Of a DNA stretch of 64,000 bases, positions 28,024 through 38,855 are shown piece by piece. The position numbers were made by a program, and so were the translations under genes. The stretch covers positions 224,001 through 288,000 of the forward strand of contig CBDCCZ010000003.1 of assembly GCA_965215005.1 (NCBI GenBank), written 5' to 3'. The notes under the pieces were generated by a model. It did not search any database. It was not told the origin of the DNA and saw only the letters and a program-made list of their open reading frames with translations. The stretch's first letter is position 1. Each line of letters begins with the position of its first letter. The DNA comes from Kofleriaceae bacterium. Lineage in GTDB: Bacteria; Myxococcota_A; Polyangia; Haliangiales; Haliangiaceae.

Positions 28024-29616
28024 TCACGGCAAGACCCCCACGGCATCCACCAGCGGCGCGAGCCCCGCGCGCGCCAGTCGCCGTAGCCCTTCCGATTCAC
28101 CCACCACCTGCGCCAAGCTCGGACCAAACGTGTAGTAGGCCTCGACCAACAGCTCGCCGGCGACATTGGAGCGCAGATACCGGTCGCGAAACTGCCGCAG
28201 CATGTGCACGTCCGCGGCCATCAGCGAGCCATAGGCAGCGGTAGCGACGAAGCAAGCATCGACGGTGCCGTTCTCGCGCTGCGGCGTCGTGATTTGAAAC
28301 GTGGCCACCGGACCGACGTTCTTGCACTCATCGTAGGCGCGAATCGCCAAGTAATAGTTGGTGCTCGGCAGCATCTCTTGCACCTCGAACGACTGCTTGG
28401 TGCCCGGCGCTGCGGGCGCAAGAGTCACCGGCGCCGGCGTCATGTCCTCGAAGTTGTCCTCGGTGATCGGCTCGCCCGCCGAAAGCCGAACGTCGTAGCC
28501 AGAAATCAAGCCGGTCTCGCCATCGTCACCCGGCGCCACCAGCTCGACCAACGCCCCCGACTGCGTCACGTCGAGCACCTCGAGCTGCGTCACCTCACCC
28601 GGCCGTTGCTCGTCAGCCGACGGTCGCGCCGCGACCTTCACGCGATACATCTCATCCCCTTCATCGACCAGGAGCAGTCGGCTCGCCCCAGATCCCGGCG
28701 TGCCGGTGGTGATCGTGGTGTCGGGTGCGAACAACATGCCGCTGGCTCCATCGGGATCGCCATAGCCAGCGTAGTCGACCGTCATCGCGATGGTTTCCTC
28801 GGTCGCGATTGCGATGGGTACCCGGTAAACGACCGAGGGCTGGCCGCGATACGGCAGCCCGTACTCGGAGTACGAAATCGCCAAGGGTGCGGGGTAATCG
28901 TAGAAGGCATTCTGATCGAACTCTTTAGCGACCTCGACCCAAACTACATACTCGCCTGCCGGGAGATTCTCGGGAATCTTCCAGCCGACGCGAAACGGCT
29001 CGCCGCCCGGTGGAGTGGCGCGCGAGACGCTGTCGAATGGGTTCAAGCTCGAAAATCTCGCGACATCATTGGAGTCGACTGGGTCACCTGCAACGAGATC
29101 AGAACGGGGCGGATAGTTGCTGGTCTCCGTGGCGCTGAAGGCGCCTTTGTCCGTGTACACCGTAGAAGCACAGGATTGCGCATCCCACGCGGCTTCGCCC
29201 TCTTTGAGCGGACGGCAGTAAAATGACTCGGCACTGGACTGCCCCAGCTGATGCGACAAGTTGTTGTCATTGCCGTCCTGAAACACCACCAGCGGCCACT
29301 CCATTCCGTGGCGATGCGCCCACACCGGAAACGTCGAGATGCGGCGCCCGTACGGCCACCGCCACGCGCTATTGAACTCCATGATTCCCGGCCGATTGCC
29401 GAGCCCGTAGGTGCCCGTGAGCCGCGAGATGTAAAGCGTCTCCACGTAATTGCCGGCGACGTCTTCGAGCCACACCACGATTTGCAGCTCGGCAGTGGGG
29501 ATCATCTCGAGCTCGACCACGCGACACTCAGAGACCTCTTCGGCTGCTTGCACCGGTGCCGATGCGCCCGCAAGAACCGCTGCGCACGCAGCGACACGCC
29601 AACCGCTTGAACCCAT
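28024..29616 (-). CDS. Secreted DUF2271-like + fibronectin type III + CFI-box-CTERM protein
   Basis: Signal peptide; QIVVWLEDVAGNYVETL, DSVSRATP and LPAGEYVVWVEVAKE (DUF2271-like); APGDDG...YDVR...YYLAIRAYDE (FN3); CFVATAAYGS...LRQFRDRYL...YYTFGP (CFI-box). Confidence 0.8.
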   Translation of the reverse strand: MGSSGWRVAACAAVLAGASAPVQAAEEVSECRVVELEMIPTAELQIVVWLEDVAGNYVETLYISRLTGTYGLGNRPGIMEFNSAWRWPYGRRISTFPVWAHRHGMEWPLVVFQDGNDNNLSHQLGQSSAESFYCRPLKEGEAAWDAQSCASTVYTDKGAFSATETSNYPPRSDLVAGDPVDSNDVARFSSLNPFDSVSRATPPGGEPFRVGWKIPENLPAGEYVVWVEVAKEFDQNAFYDYPAPLAISYSEYGLPYRGQPSVVYRVPIAIATEETIAMTVDYAGYGDPDGASGMLFAPDTTITTGTPGSGASRLLLVDEGDEMYRVKVAARPSADEQRPGEVTQLEVLDVTQSGALVELVAPGDDGETGLISGYDVRLSAGEPITEDNFEDMTPAPVTLAPAAPGTKQSFEVQEMLPSTNYYLAIRAYDECKNVGPVATFQITTPQRENGTVDACFVATAAYGSLMAADVHMLRQFRDRYLRSNVAGELLVEAYYTFGPSLAQVVGESEGLRRLARAGLAPLVDAVGVLP

Positions 29617-29762
29617 GACTCAGCATTATTGCTGACCTACGCTTGGCGACAAGCCCGGGACCTCACACACCAGTGCCGGGGCCTCTGAGCCTACCCTCGC
29701 GTTTCGCCCGTCTGCGTCCCCGCTTGCCGGATGCCGGTAAATCTCGCAAGCTGCTGCCGCTC

Positions 29763-30335
29763 GTGTACCGCCGCCTGTCGTCTCGTTTCTTCCGCCGCGA
29801 CCCGGAAACTCTCGCCCGCGCACTGCTCGGCAAGCGTCTGGTCTGCGGAGGTCGCAGTGGGCTCATCGTCGAGACCGAGGCGTATCTCGGACCCCAGGAC
29901 CGAGCCAGCCATGCACGGTTTGGCAAGACCCGCCGCAACGCGGTGATGTTTGGGCCTGGCGGTGTCTCCTATGTCTACCTCTGCTATGGCATCTACGAGC
30001 TTTTCAACGTGGTCGCGGGTAGCGACGGCGACCCCGGCGCGGTGCTGGTGCGCGCGCTGGCCCTAGCGCCCGAACAAGGCAGCGACCATCGGGTGGCTCA
30101 AGGCCCCGGCAAGCTCACCCGAGCCCTTGGTATCACGCGCGCCCACAGCGGCATCGAGCTCGCCGCCAGCGACGAGCTCTTCATCGCCGCCGGCCGTCGC
30201 GTTGCCGCCAGCGAAGTTGCCGCCGGACCGCGCATTGGCGTGGACTACGCGGGCGATTGGGCGCTTGCCCCGCTGCGATTTTGGCTCGCCGAGCACCCCG
30301 CAGTCTCCGGCCCGAGCAGGCGCCGCAATCGCTGA
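29763..30335 (+). CDS. mpg: DNA-3-methyladenine glycosylase (MPG/AAG family)
   Basis: [37 protein letters not shown]. Confidence 0.93.
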   Translation: MYRRLSSRFFRRDPETLARALLGKRLVCGGRSGLIVETEAYLGPQDRASHARFGKTRRNAVMFGPGGVSYVYLCYGIYELFNVVAGSDGDPGAVLVRALALAPEQGSDHRVAQGPGKLTRALGITRAHSGIELAASDELFIAAGRRVAASEVAAGPRIGVDYAGDWALAPLRFWLAEHPAVSGPSRRRNR

Positions 30336-30377
30336 CTCAGGCGTTGCGCGTTGCCTCCCGGGCTTCATACTGCGTGA

Positions 30378-30708
30378 GTGCCAACGGTCACGTTTCAACG
30401 CCCCGCAGACGAAGGCGGCGTCGCCACCATCGAGTGCAGCAGCGGCGAGAGCGTGTTTCCTCGTGGGACAGCGCGCCGACGTGCGCATCGAGACGGCGTG
30501 CGTTGGCAAGGGAACCTGCGGGCTGTGTCGAGTCCGCATTCGCGACGGGGAGCATCATCTCAGCGAATACAGCGAGATCGAAGAGAAACACCTGGGCAAC
30601 CTGTATCATCTGACGAAGCTGCGGCTCGCGTGCCAGGCAGTCGTCACCGGCGGCGACGTGATTGTCGAACCCGCTCCCAAGCGACGGTCGGCGAAAACAA
30701 AGCGGTAA
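30378..30708 (+). CDS. 2Fe-2S ferredoxin, one extra base near 30456
   Basis: MPTVTF...GESVF in one frame, then LVGQRADVRIETACVGKGTCGLCRV...RLACQ in the +1 frame (C-x5-C-x2-C...C). Confidence 0.85.
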
Positions 30709-30754
30709 AGGTTCCGGCGTGAGTCGGAAACGAATCACGCGGCGTCGTAGTAAA

Positions 30755-32866
30755 TCAGAGTTTTGCGCGCACTTTGGTGGTCTCGCCCTGCCGAATGTCG
30801 ACGGTCAAGCTCGACTGCTGGCGGGTCACCGGGTTGACGAGCTTGAGGCGATGGCGGCCGGTGGGCAGAGTGAGCGGCTCACGAGTGGTGGCCCGGCCGA
30901 TTTTTCGGCCTCGCCAGTAGATCTCGGCCCATCCTTCGTCGACAAAGATGAGCACGCTACCTTGCGGAGTGCGCGCCTTGCGCAGCTCGCGGGTGATGGC
31001 CGTGACCTCACCAGCCGCCAAGTCGACCGTGGCGCTCGCCGGCTGATATCCCGGCAGGGTCAGGGTCACCGCGCGCTCGTTGCCCGGCGCCAAATCGACG
31101 GCTTCCAGCGGCGTGACGCCCAGAACCTCGCCGTCGACGGATACCGTGGCGCCCGGTGGAGTTGTCGCGACCCGCAAGCTCGACCGCGTAGGCACCAGCT
31201 GTGCGCGCACTCGCACGGTCTGGCCGGCGGGAATGCTGATCTGCTCATCGACGAATCGGCGATAGCCGGGCAGCTCAACGGCAAGCTCATGGGCCCGATC
31301 GGGCGCTACGTCCACCGACAGCGGCGTTTGGCCCGCGAGCGCCTCGCCGTCGATGTAAACGGTTGCACCCGAAGGCAGCGATGCCACCAGCAGCGTTGCG
31401 CGGCCGAGCGGCGCGCCGGCGTCTGCGAGCGCCACGGCTACCCGCCCACCAGTCCGTTCTCGGCCGTCCAGACCAAACACCGCCACCCCGAGCACCGCCA
31501 ACGCGCCGCCCGCCAACGCGATCCAAGGCCACCGTGACGGTGGTCGCGCAACCGCCAGCGCGGTCGCTGCGGTGCCGGAGCGGTCGTGAATCATCGCACC
31601 GACACTGCCCGAGCGCTTGCCCTTGAGCGCCGAAGGGCCCGCGGCGATGGTCTGCTCGGTCTCGACGGAATCGAGCTCCCACATCGTGATGCCGTCTTCG
31701 CCGAGCCCGACCTTGACGAACGAGGCCGACTGATCGCCTTGCGCCGGCTCCGTACGGCGATCGAGCAGCTCGGGCTCACTGCTCGGTCGCGCGATCGGCT
31801 CGGCTCGCGCGGCCGGAATGGGCGCGACGCGCAGTGCATCGCCCACCGCGGTGTGACGGGCCACGTCACCGCTGTCGCCCAATTGCTGCCGAATCAAATC
31901 ATCGAGCCCGGACGCGGGCGCAGACGGACCTTGCTGCGCCTCCTGCCTCTCGCCCACCTGGGCAAGAGCCTCGGCGACATCGAGATCGGTGGCCACGATG
32001 CTCGACTCATAGCTGATCTCGGTGAGCTCGCGCTGCATCTCCGCGGCGCGCAGCGGCCGTTTTCCCGGCGCCCGCGCCAGCGCCCGCCATAGCACCTCAT
32101 CGAGCCGCGGTGGCAACCCCGCGCGTTGCTCAGACGCCGGCGGAATCGCCATTCTGTGGATGTTGTCGATGATGTCCTCGGCCTCGTCGCCGGGGAACAA
32201 CTTCTTGCCGGTGAACAGCTCGTAGAGCACCGCGGCCGCTGAGAACAGATCGGACTGAGTGCTCAGCGTCTCGCCCTGGGTCTGCTCCGGGGACATGTAG
32301 CGCCACTTGCCCATGATGCGCCGCTGCCGCGAAGGCCGACCAACCAGCACCGGCTCGGCCGCGGTGGCCGCGACCGCGATGCCAAAGTCGGCAATCTTCA
32401 CCTCGCCGGCACGCGACAGCAGGATGTTGGACGGTGAAACATCGCGATGCACCACCCCGTGCTGATGGGCGTAATCCAGACCGCGCATGATCTCGATAGC
32501 GATCTGGAACGCTGCCGGCAGCGGAATGGGTTGTCCGCGATCGCGGTAGCGCTTGAGCATCGCCGCCAAATCGAGCCCCGCGACATACTCCATCGCGATG
32601 AACAGCGATCCCGCAAAACGGCCGAAATCGAAGACTTGAACGATGTTGGTATGCGTGAGCTGAACCGCCAGCTTGGCCTCGGCGATGAACCGATTTTCAA
32701 ACTCTCGATCTTTGGCCAGCTCCGGCAAGATGCGCTTGATCGCCAGCGTTTTCTCGAATCCGTGCGGGCCATACGCCTTGGCCCGATACACCTCGGCCAT
32801 GCCGCCAACGGCGACGCGCTCGATCAAGTCGTAGCGTTCGAGGGGCTTGTCACCTGCGGCGGGCAT
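30755..32866 (-). CDS. Membrane-anchored Ser/Thr protein kinase with PEGA domains
   Basis: GGMAEVY, LAIKRI, HRDVSPSN, DFG, YMSPE; one TM helix (WPWIALAGGALAVLGV); PEGA repeats (PSGATVYIDG...GQTPL). Confidence 0.95.
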   Translation of the reverse strand: MPAAGDKPLERYDLIERVAVGGMAEVYRAKAYGPHGFEKTLAIKRILPELAKDREFENRFIAEAKLAVQLTHTNIVQVFDFGRFAGSLFIAMEYVAGLDLAAMLKRYRDRGQPIPLPAAFQIAIEIMRGLDYAHQHGVVHRDVSPSNILLSRAGEVKIADFGIAVAATAAEPVLVGRPSRQRRIMGKWRYMSPEQTQGETLSTQSDLFSAAAVLYELFTGKKLFPGDEAEDIIDNIHRMAIPPASEQRAGLPPRLDEVLWRALARAPGKRPLRAAEMQRELTEISYESSIVATDLDVAEALAQVGERQEAQQGPSAPASGLDDLIRQQLGDSGDVARHTAVGDALRVAPIPAARAEPIARPSSEPELLDRRTEPAQGDQSASFVKVGLGEDGITMWELDSVETEQTIAAGPSALKGKRSGSVGAMIHDRSGTAATALAVARPPSRWPWIALAGGALAVLGVAVFGLDGRERTGGRVAVALADAGAPLGRATLLVASLPSGATVYIDGEALAGQTPLSVDVAPDRAHELAVELPGYRRFVDEQISIPAGQTVRVRAQLVPTRSSLRVATTPPGATVSVDGEVLGVTPLEAVDLAPGNERAVTLTLPGYQPASATVDLAAGEVTAITRELRKARTPQGSVLIFVDEGWAEIYWRGRKIGRATTREPLTLPTGRHRLKLVNPVTRQQSSLTVDIRQGETTKVRAKL

Positions 32867-32886
32867 CGCGATAGGTGGGGTATATT

Positions 32887-34107
32887 ATGAAGGTGGTAAC
32901 CCGGATTGTGGCAGTAAGTTTCCGAGGACTTGCTGCGCTCGTCACGATCGTTTCACTGTACGTAGCCACCGCTCACGCGGCCCCGCAGCGAGTCGCCATC
33001 GTCAACATCGCGGCCGACCAGGTCAAGGGCGCAGAGCTTGCCAGTGCGTTGCGCGAGCAGCTGAGGCGCGAATCAACGCTGCGCGCGATTCCCATGGGCG
33101 ACCTCTCGCGGGCCCTCGAGGCGCCGCTGCCGCCCCCACAGCCCACCGAGGAAGCGCTGCGCCAACCCCGCGAGAGCCTGGCTCGTTCCAAGGACGCGCG
33201 GGCGCGATTCGACTTTCCCGGCGCATTTACCGCGCTGCGCAACGGTCAGCGCGCGTTGTTGGCGCTGCCGCCCAGCTCCGCCGTCACCGCGCTCATGGCT
33301 GAGCTCGAATTCGAAGCGGGCCTCGCCCACTTTGGCGCCGGCGATTTGGCTGCGGCTCTGGAAGCATTTCGCGCCGTACGTCGGTTGCATCCCGACCGTG
33401 CGGCGCTCGATCCTGCGCGGTTTCTTCCCGATATCGTCGCGACGTTCGAAGCCGCCGGCGTCGAGCTTGAGCCCTCCGCTGTGCTCTCGGTTTCGTCGCA
33501 GATCGACGGTGAAGCGGTGTATCTCGATGGTCGCTTGGCGGGCACGACGCCGGCGGAGCTCCCCGTGGCGCCCGGAATCCACTACGTCACGGTTCGCTCC
33601 GACGACTATCGCGTCATCGGCTCGCGCGTGGTGCTCGAGGCCGCGGCGAAACGCGAGGCGGAGCTCGGATTCGAGCGCCTCGAGGTCGATGAACGCGCGC
33701 GGGCCGCTCGCGCAGCGATGATCCCTGCGTCGGCCGCTGAGCGTCTCACCCGAGCCGCGGGTCGACTCGCAAGCTTGGTGGGCGCGGACGCGCTGATTCT
33801 CGTCGCCGGCGACGATTCGCTGCGCACGGCGCTGTTCAGCGGCCGACAAAATCGGCTGAGCGGCTGGCGCCCCGCAAGCGGCGTTGCCGCATCGCACCTC
33901 CTCGCACCGCTGCGCCCCGCCACCATGACCACTCTTGCGCTCCCCGACGCGATCGAGGTTCAGCCGGCGCCGCGGCCGTGGTATCGCCGTCGCTGGGTGC
34001 AAGCAACCGCCGCGGGTGGCGTAGTGGTCGCACTTCTCACCGCCGCAGCCTTCGGCTTATCAGCCAAACGAGACGAGATGGCCGTTCCCACGTTCGACCC
34101 TTTCTAA
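32887..34107 (+). CDS. PEGA domain / TPR-like exported protein with C-terminal membrane anchor
   Basis: Signal peptide ending AHA, VYLDGRLAGTTP, PWYRRRWV followed by a TM helix. Start uncertain (32887 or 32908). Confidence 0.8.
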   Translation: MKVVTRIVAVSFRGLAALVTIVSLYVATAHAAPQRVAIVNIAADQVKGAELASALREQLRRESTLRAIPMGDLSRALEAPLPPPQPTEEALRQPRESLARSKDARARFDFPGAFTALRNGQRALLALPPSSAVTALMAELEFEAGLAHFGAGDLAAALEAFRAVRRLHPDRAALDPARFLPDIVATFEAAGVELEPSAVLSVSSQIDGEAVYLDGRLAGTTPAELPVAPGIHYVTVRSDDYRVIGSRVVLEAAAKREAELGFERLEVDERARAARAAMIPASAAERLTRAAGRLASLVGADALILVAGDDSLRTALFSGRQNRLSGWRPASGVAASHLLAPLRPATMTTLALPDAIEVQPAPRPWYRRRWVQATAAGGVVVALLTAAAFGLSAKRDEMAVPTFDPF

Positions 34108-34114
34108 CCCGCCA

Positions 34115-35305
34115 ATGACGCGCGCTTCGCTGCTTTCCATAGTCGCGCTCGCGGCCTGCTCCGATAGCGCCGCGCCGAGCTTCTCGATTGGCCTCGACTT
34201 CGACTCCACGAGCTGCGCGCGGGACAGCTGCGATGGCTACGCGATGTCGTGCGGCGCTCGGCTCAGCATTCGCATCGTCGATGCCAACGCCACGAGCGAT
34301 GCTCCTTACACGAGCCAATGCGTCGAGCTCGAAGGCGACACTTTGTGCTCCTTGGACCAGCTCGATGTCGAGCTGGGCTCGGTCCCGGTGGGCCGTGCAC
34401 GCATTGAGGTTGCACTGTGGGATCCGGCTCAGATCGGCCCCTCGTGCCCCGACGAGGATATCTTCACAGTGGGTAACGACGCCCGACCACGAGCCGATTT
34501 CCTCCCCAATCCCGCGTTTGGTGGCGCCAGCTACGTCGATGTCGGCAGCGCCACCGAGGTTCGCGTGTTGCTGCATTGCGACGACGCTCTGCAGCTCGAC
34601 GCGCCCGAGTGTCGCGACGCAACCACGGTGTCGGCTGGTGTTCAAGACCTCACCACGGGGCTGTTCGTGGTTCCCGAAGAGGCAATCGATCTATTGGTGT
34701 CGGTGGGTGAGCCGCGCACTCGCCCCACGGGTGCAGGCGAGGTGGAGTGGGTGCTAGAGCCGGGCGATACCACGCCGCTCGACATCGAGACGCTCGAGCC
34801 GGTGCCGCAGTGGATGGGTGAAGCACCGCGGCGCTTTGGTCGCGCTGCGTGCATCGTCGTGCTCGGCAATGAACCGCAAGCGACGCGGACGGTAACCTGC
34901 TCGCCCGCCGAAGAGATGCGCCCGCAGCTCGATTTGCAGGGCTATCTGTTGCCCAAGGCACGCCTGGACGAAATTCTCGCCGCCGCCGAGCTAACGACGT
35001 TTCCGCAGCAAGGGCTGGTGATAGGTCGCGTCGTCGACGAGCTCGGAGCGCCCGCGGCAGGCGTGACATTGGTGCCCGAGCAGGGCAGCGTGCAGTACCT
35101 TTCCGAAGACGGCACCACGTTTCTCGGCCGCGACCGTACCTCGTCAAATGGCTACTTCATCTCGCGCGACGCGCCGTTTGCAACGCGATGGCGGGCCTTC
35201 TTAGGCGCAACGCCCGCCGAAAGCGGCGAGTTTCGCGCCGGTCTGATCGCGGGCAAAGCGAGTGTGCTCGAGATTCGTCTCAAAGAGCCCCTCGCGCTGC
35301 CGTAG
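34115..35305 (+). CDS. Hypothetical Cys-rich lipoprotein with carboxypeptidase-regulatory-like C-terminal segment
   Basis: LAAC lipobox; GLVIGRVVDELGAPAAGVT...TSSNGYF. Confidence 0.75.
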   Translation: MTRASLLSIVALAACSDSAAPSFSIGLDFDSTSCARDSCDGYAMSCGARLSIRIVDANATSDAPYTSQCVELEGDTLCSLDQLDVELGSVPVGRARIEVALWDPAQIGPSCPDEDIFTVGNDARPRADFLPNPAFGGASYVDVGSATEVRVLLHCDDALQLDAPECRDATTVSAGVQDLTTGLFVVPEEAIDLLVSVGEPRTRPTGAGEVEWVLEPGDTTPLDIETLEPVPQWMGEAPRRFGRAACIVVLGNEPQATRTVTCSPAEEMRPQLDLQGYLLPKARLDEILAAAELTTFPQQGLVIGRVVDELGAPAAGVTLVPEQGSVQYLSEDGTTFLGRDRTSSNGYFISRDAPFATRWRAFLGATPAESGEFRAGLIAGKASVLEIRLKEPLALP

Positions 35306-35363
35306 CCGTGGCCGGCTGCGCGGTTCGATAGCTCTACGTCGCGGCGGTCGCTATCATATCCTG

Positions 35364-36170
35364 ATGAGCCATCGACTCCTCGCCGTGCTGCGACGGCCCG
35401 AGATCCTCGTGGCGGTCGTTAGCCAGCGCCGCGCCGACTTCGAGCGAGTGTCGCGTACCGACGTGGATCCCTACATCGAGCGCGCCGTGCCGCTGGCGCA
35501 AACGCCGGAGTCGATCTGCCCGTGGCGCGATAAAGACGTCAAAGCCTGGCGCGCGCTCGGCAGCGTTGGCCAGCTCAACAGCCGCGCAGCGCTCGCCATC
35601 GTTCGCACTCTGATCGGCTCGGTCGCCTGGCCTATCATCGACATCGTCCCTGCGCCACTGGCGAGCGCGCAGCGCGGCGTGCTCGATCTGCGTCCGCTGC
35701 TGTGTCATCCAAGCGGCGAGCAGCAGCTCATCGAGCAGATGCGCAGCGTGCTCGATGCGCTCACAGCAGACGATGCCACCGAGTTTCCCAGCTGGCATTG
35801 GAGCCGCCGTCTCGAGTTAGCCGCCCTTCCCGCCGAGTTTCGCCGCCTCTTCTTGTGGGGTCTGCACCTCTCGTCTTGGCGCCAACTCGAGCTCACGCTC
35901 GCCGCATTCGATGCCCTGGAGCTCGACCAAGCGCCGCCGCTGCGCCGCGCAGTCGCCCGGCTGTTGTCCATGGCCCCGCGCGATGTCGGCCTCGCATGGT
36001 GCGGTGTGCTCGCCGAGCTGCAGCCCGGCGCACGAACCCGCGGCGCTGAGCTCATCCTCGAATCTGGTGCCGTCGCCATGATGCCTACCGAAGCAGCCGC
36101 GGCTGCCTTGGAGCGCGCTGCGCATCACGGCGCCGACGCCCCTGCCGAGCTGGTCGCGCTGTCGTCGTAA
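35364..36170 (+). CDS. Hypothetical protein
   Basis: 268-codon ORF that fills the gap between genes and has helical composition; no recognisable motif. Confidence 0.6.
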   Translation: MSHRLLAVLRRPEILVAVVSQRRADFERVSRTDVDPYIERAVPLAQTPESICPWRDKDVKAWRALGSVGQLNSRAALAIVRTLIGSVAWPIIDIVPAPLASAQRGVLDLRPLLCHPSGEQQLIEQMRSVLDALTADDATEFPSWHWSRRLELAALPAEFRRLFLWGLHLSSWRQLELTLAAFDALELDQAPPLRRAVARLLSMAPRDVGLAWCGVLAELQPGARTRGAELILESGAVAMMPTEAAAAALERAAHHGADAPAELVALSS

Positions 36171-36179
36171 CAGGCGCTT

Positions 36180-37598
<1,419 letters not shown>

Positions 37599-37652
37599 CG
37601 ATCAGCGAGACTAACACACCAAATCCAGTGCTATGCTGCGCAGGAAAGGGTT

Positions 37653-38768
37653 ATGGGAATGAGTCAGCAGTTGCCAGAATGCCTTGCACGTCTCGATGAG
37701 ATGGATGCCGTTTGGGGAGAATCGTGTCCCGGTGCGCGCTTGGCGATGATTCGCCCCGCTGGTCGAGCACTGCGCAAGCGACTCGTCCATGATGGAGCGG
37801 CAATCGCAGTGCGAACGGCCGAGCTCGTCACCTTTCCCTATCCCACGCGCTATGGCTTGGAAGGCGTTGCCGCCTCGCCGGCGCCCTACGTGATGATGAC
37901 CAACCGCGTTCAGCTGGTGCAGGTGAGCTGGCAAGGCGAGCTCATCAACGTCCTCATCAACCCCTCCGATCCAGAGCGCTCGCTGGCGGCGCCGTTCTTT
38001 GCGCGACAGCTCGAGCGCTATGGGCAGCTCCTCACGCGCCGCGTGCTCTCCAAGCAACACGGTACCGTGCGGGATGCGCTCGCGCTTTGGGGCGTGGCGC
38101 CCGAGGAGATCGATTACATCACGTTCGATCACCTCCACGTGCAAGACGTCCGCGGACTGCTCGGCACCAGCGAACCCGAGCCCGGCAACACCGAGCCGAC
38201 ACCGCCACTATTGCCCAATGCACGGCTGCTCGCACAAGCGAGTGAGCTGCAGACCTTTGCCCGACTGCATCCGCTGCAGCACACCTGGTACGTCGCCGAT
38301 GGCTTGCGCGGCGTCTCACATGACAAGATCATCGCTCTCGATGGCGACTACGCTCTCGGCGCAGGCCTTGCGCTGGTGCGGACGCCCGGTCACACGCGCG
38401 GCAATCACAGTCCCACGGTCGTCACCGATCGAGGGGTTTGGACGATCAGCGAGAACGGCATCGCGGTAGACGCCTATGCCCCCGAATCGAGCGCGATAGC
38501 GGGGCTGCGACGCCACGCTCGGCAAACTGGCGTAGAGGTAATCCTCAATGCCAACACCCGCGAGAACACGCTGGATCAATACAGCTCGATGGTGCTCGAG
38601 AAGACGCTGGCAGATCCGTCGGTAGAGCGGCCCGAGTTCCCGCAGTGCTTTCCTTCCTCCGAGCTCACGCGCAGCGCGCTCGCGCCGGGTCTTGCACCTA
38701 CCTACAGCCACGGTCACATCACCCACGGCACGCTACAACAAGCTCGACGCACTTCTTCAGCGGCGTAG
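37653..38768 (+). CDS. Metallo-beta-lactamase-fold protein with variant metal motif
   Basis: IDYITFDHLHVQD, LPNARL, RTPGHTRGNHS; RBS-like AGGAAAGGG. Confidence 0.75.
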   Translation: MGMSQQLPECLARLDEMDAVWGESCPGARLAMIRPAGRALRKRLVHDGAAIAVRTAELVTFPYPTRYGLEGVAASPAPYVMMTNRVQLVQVSWQGELINVLINPSDPERSLAAPFFARQLERYGQLLTRRVLSKQHGTVRDALALWGVAPEEIDYITFDHLHVQDVRGLLGTSEPEPGNTEPTPPLLPNARLLAQASELQTFARLHPLQHTWYVADGLRGVSHDKIIALDGDYALGAGLALVRTPGHTRGNHSPTVVTDRGVWTISENGIAVDAYAPESSAIAGLRRHARQTGVEVILNANTRENTLDQYSSMVLEKTLADPSVERPEFPQCFPSSELTRSALAPGLAPTYSHGHITHGTLQQARRTSSAA

Positions 38769-38855
38769 CCTCTCAACCTCGCGAGTCACCGCATCGCTGC
38801 CGGCAGCCGGCTCATCCTGCATACTAGCTAGGATGGCCGCGCGGGCCTCGACTCA

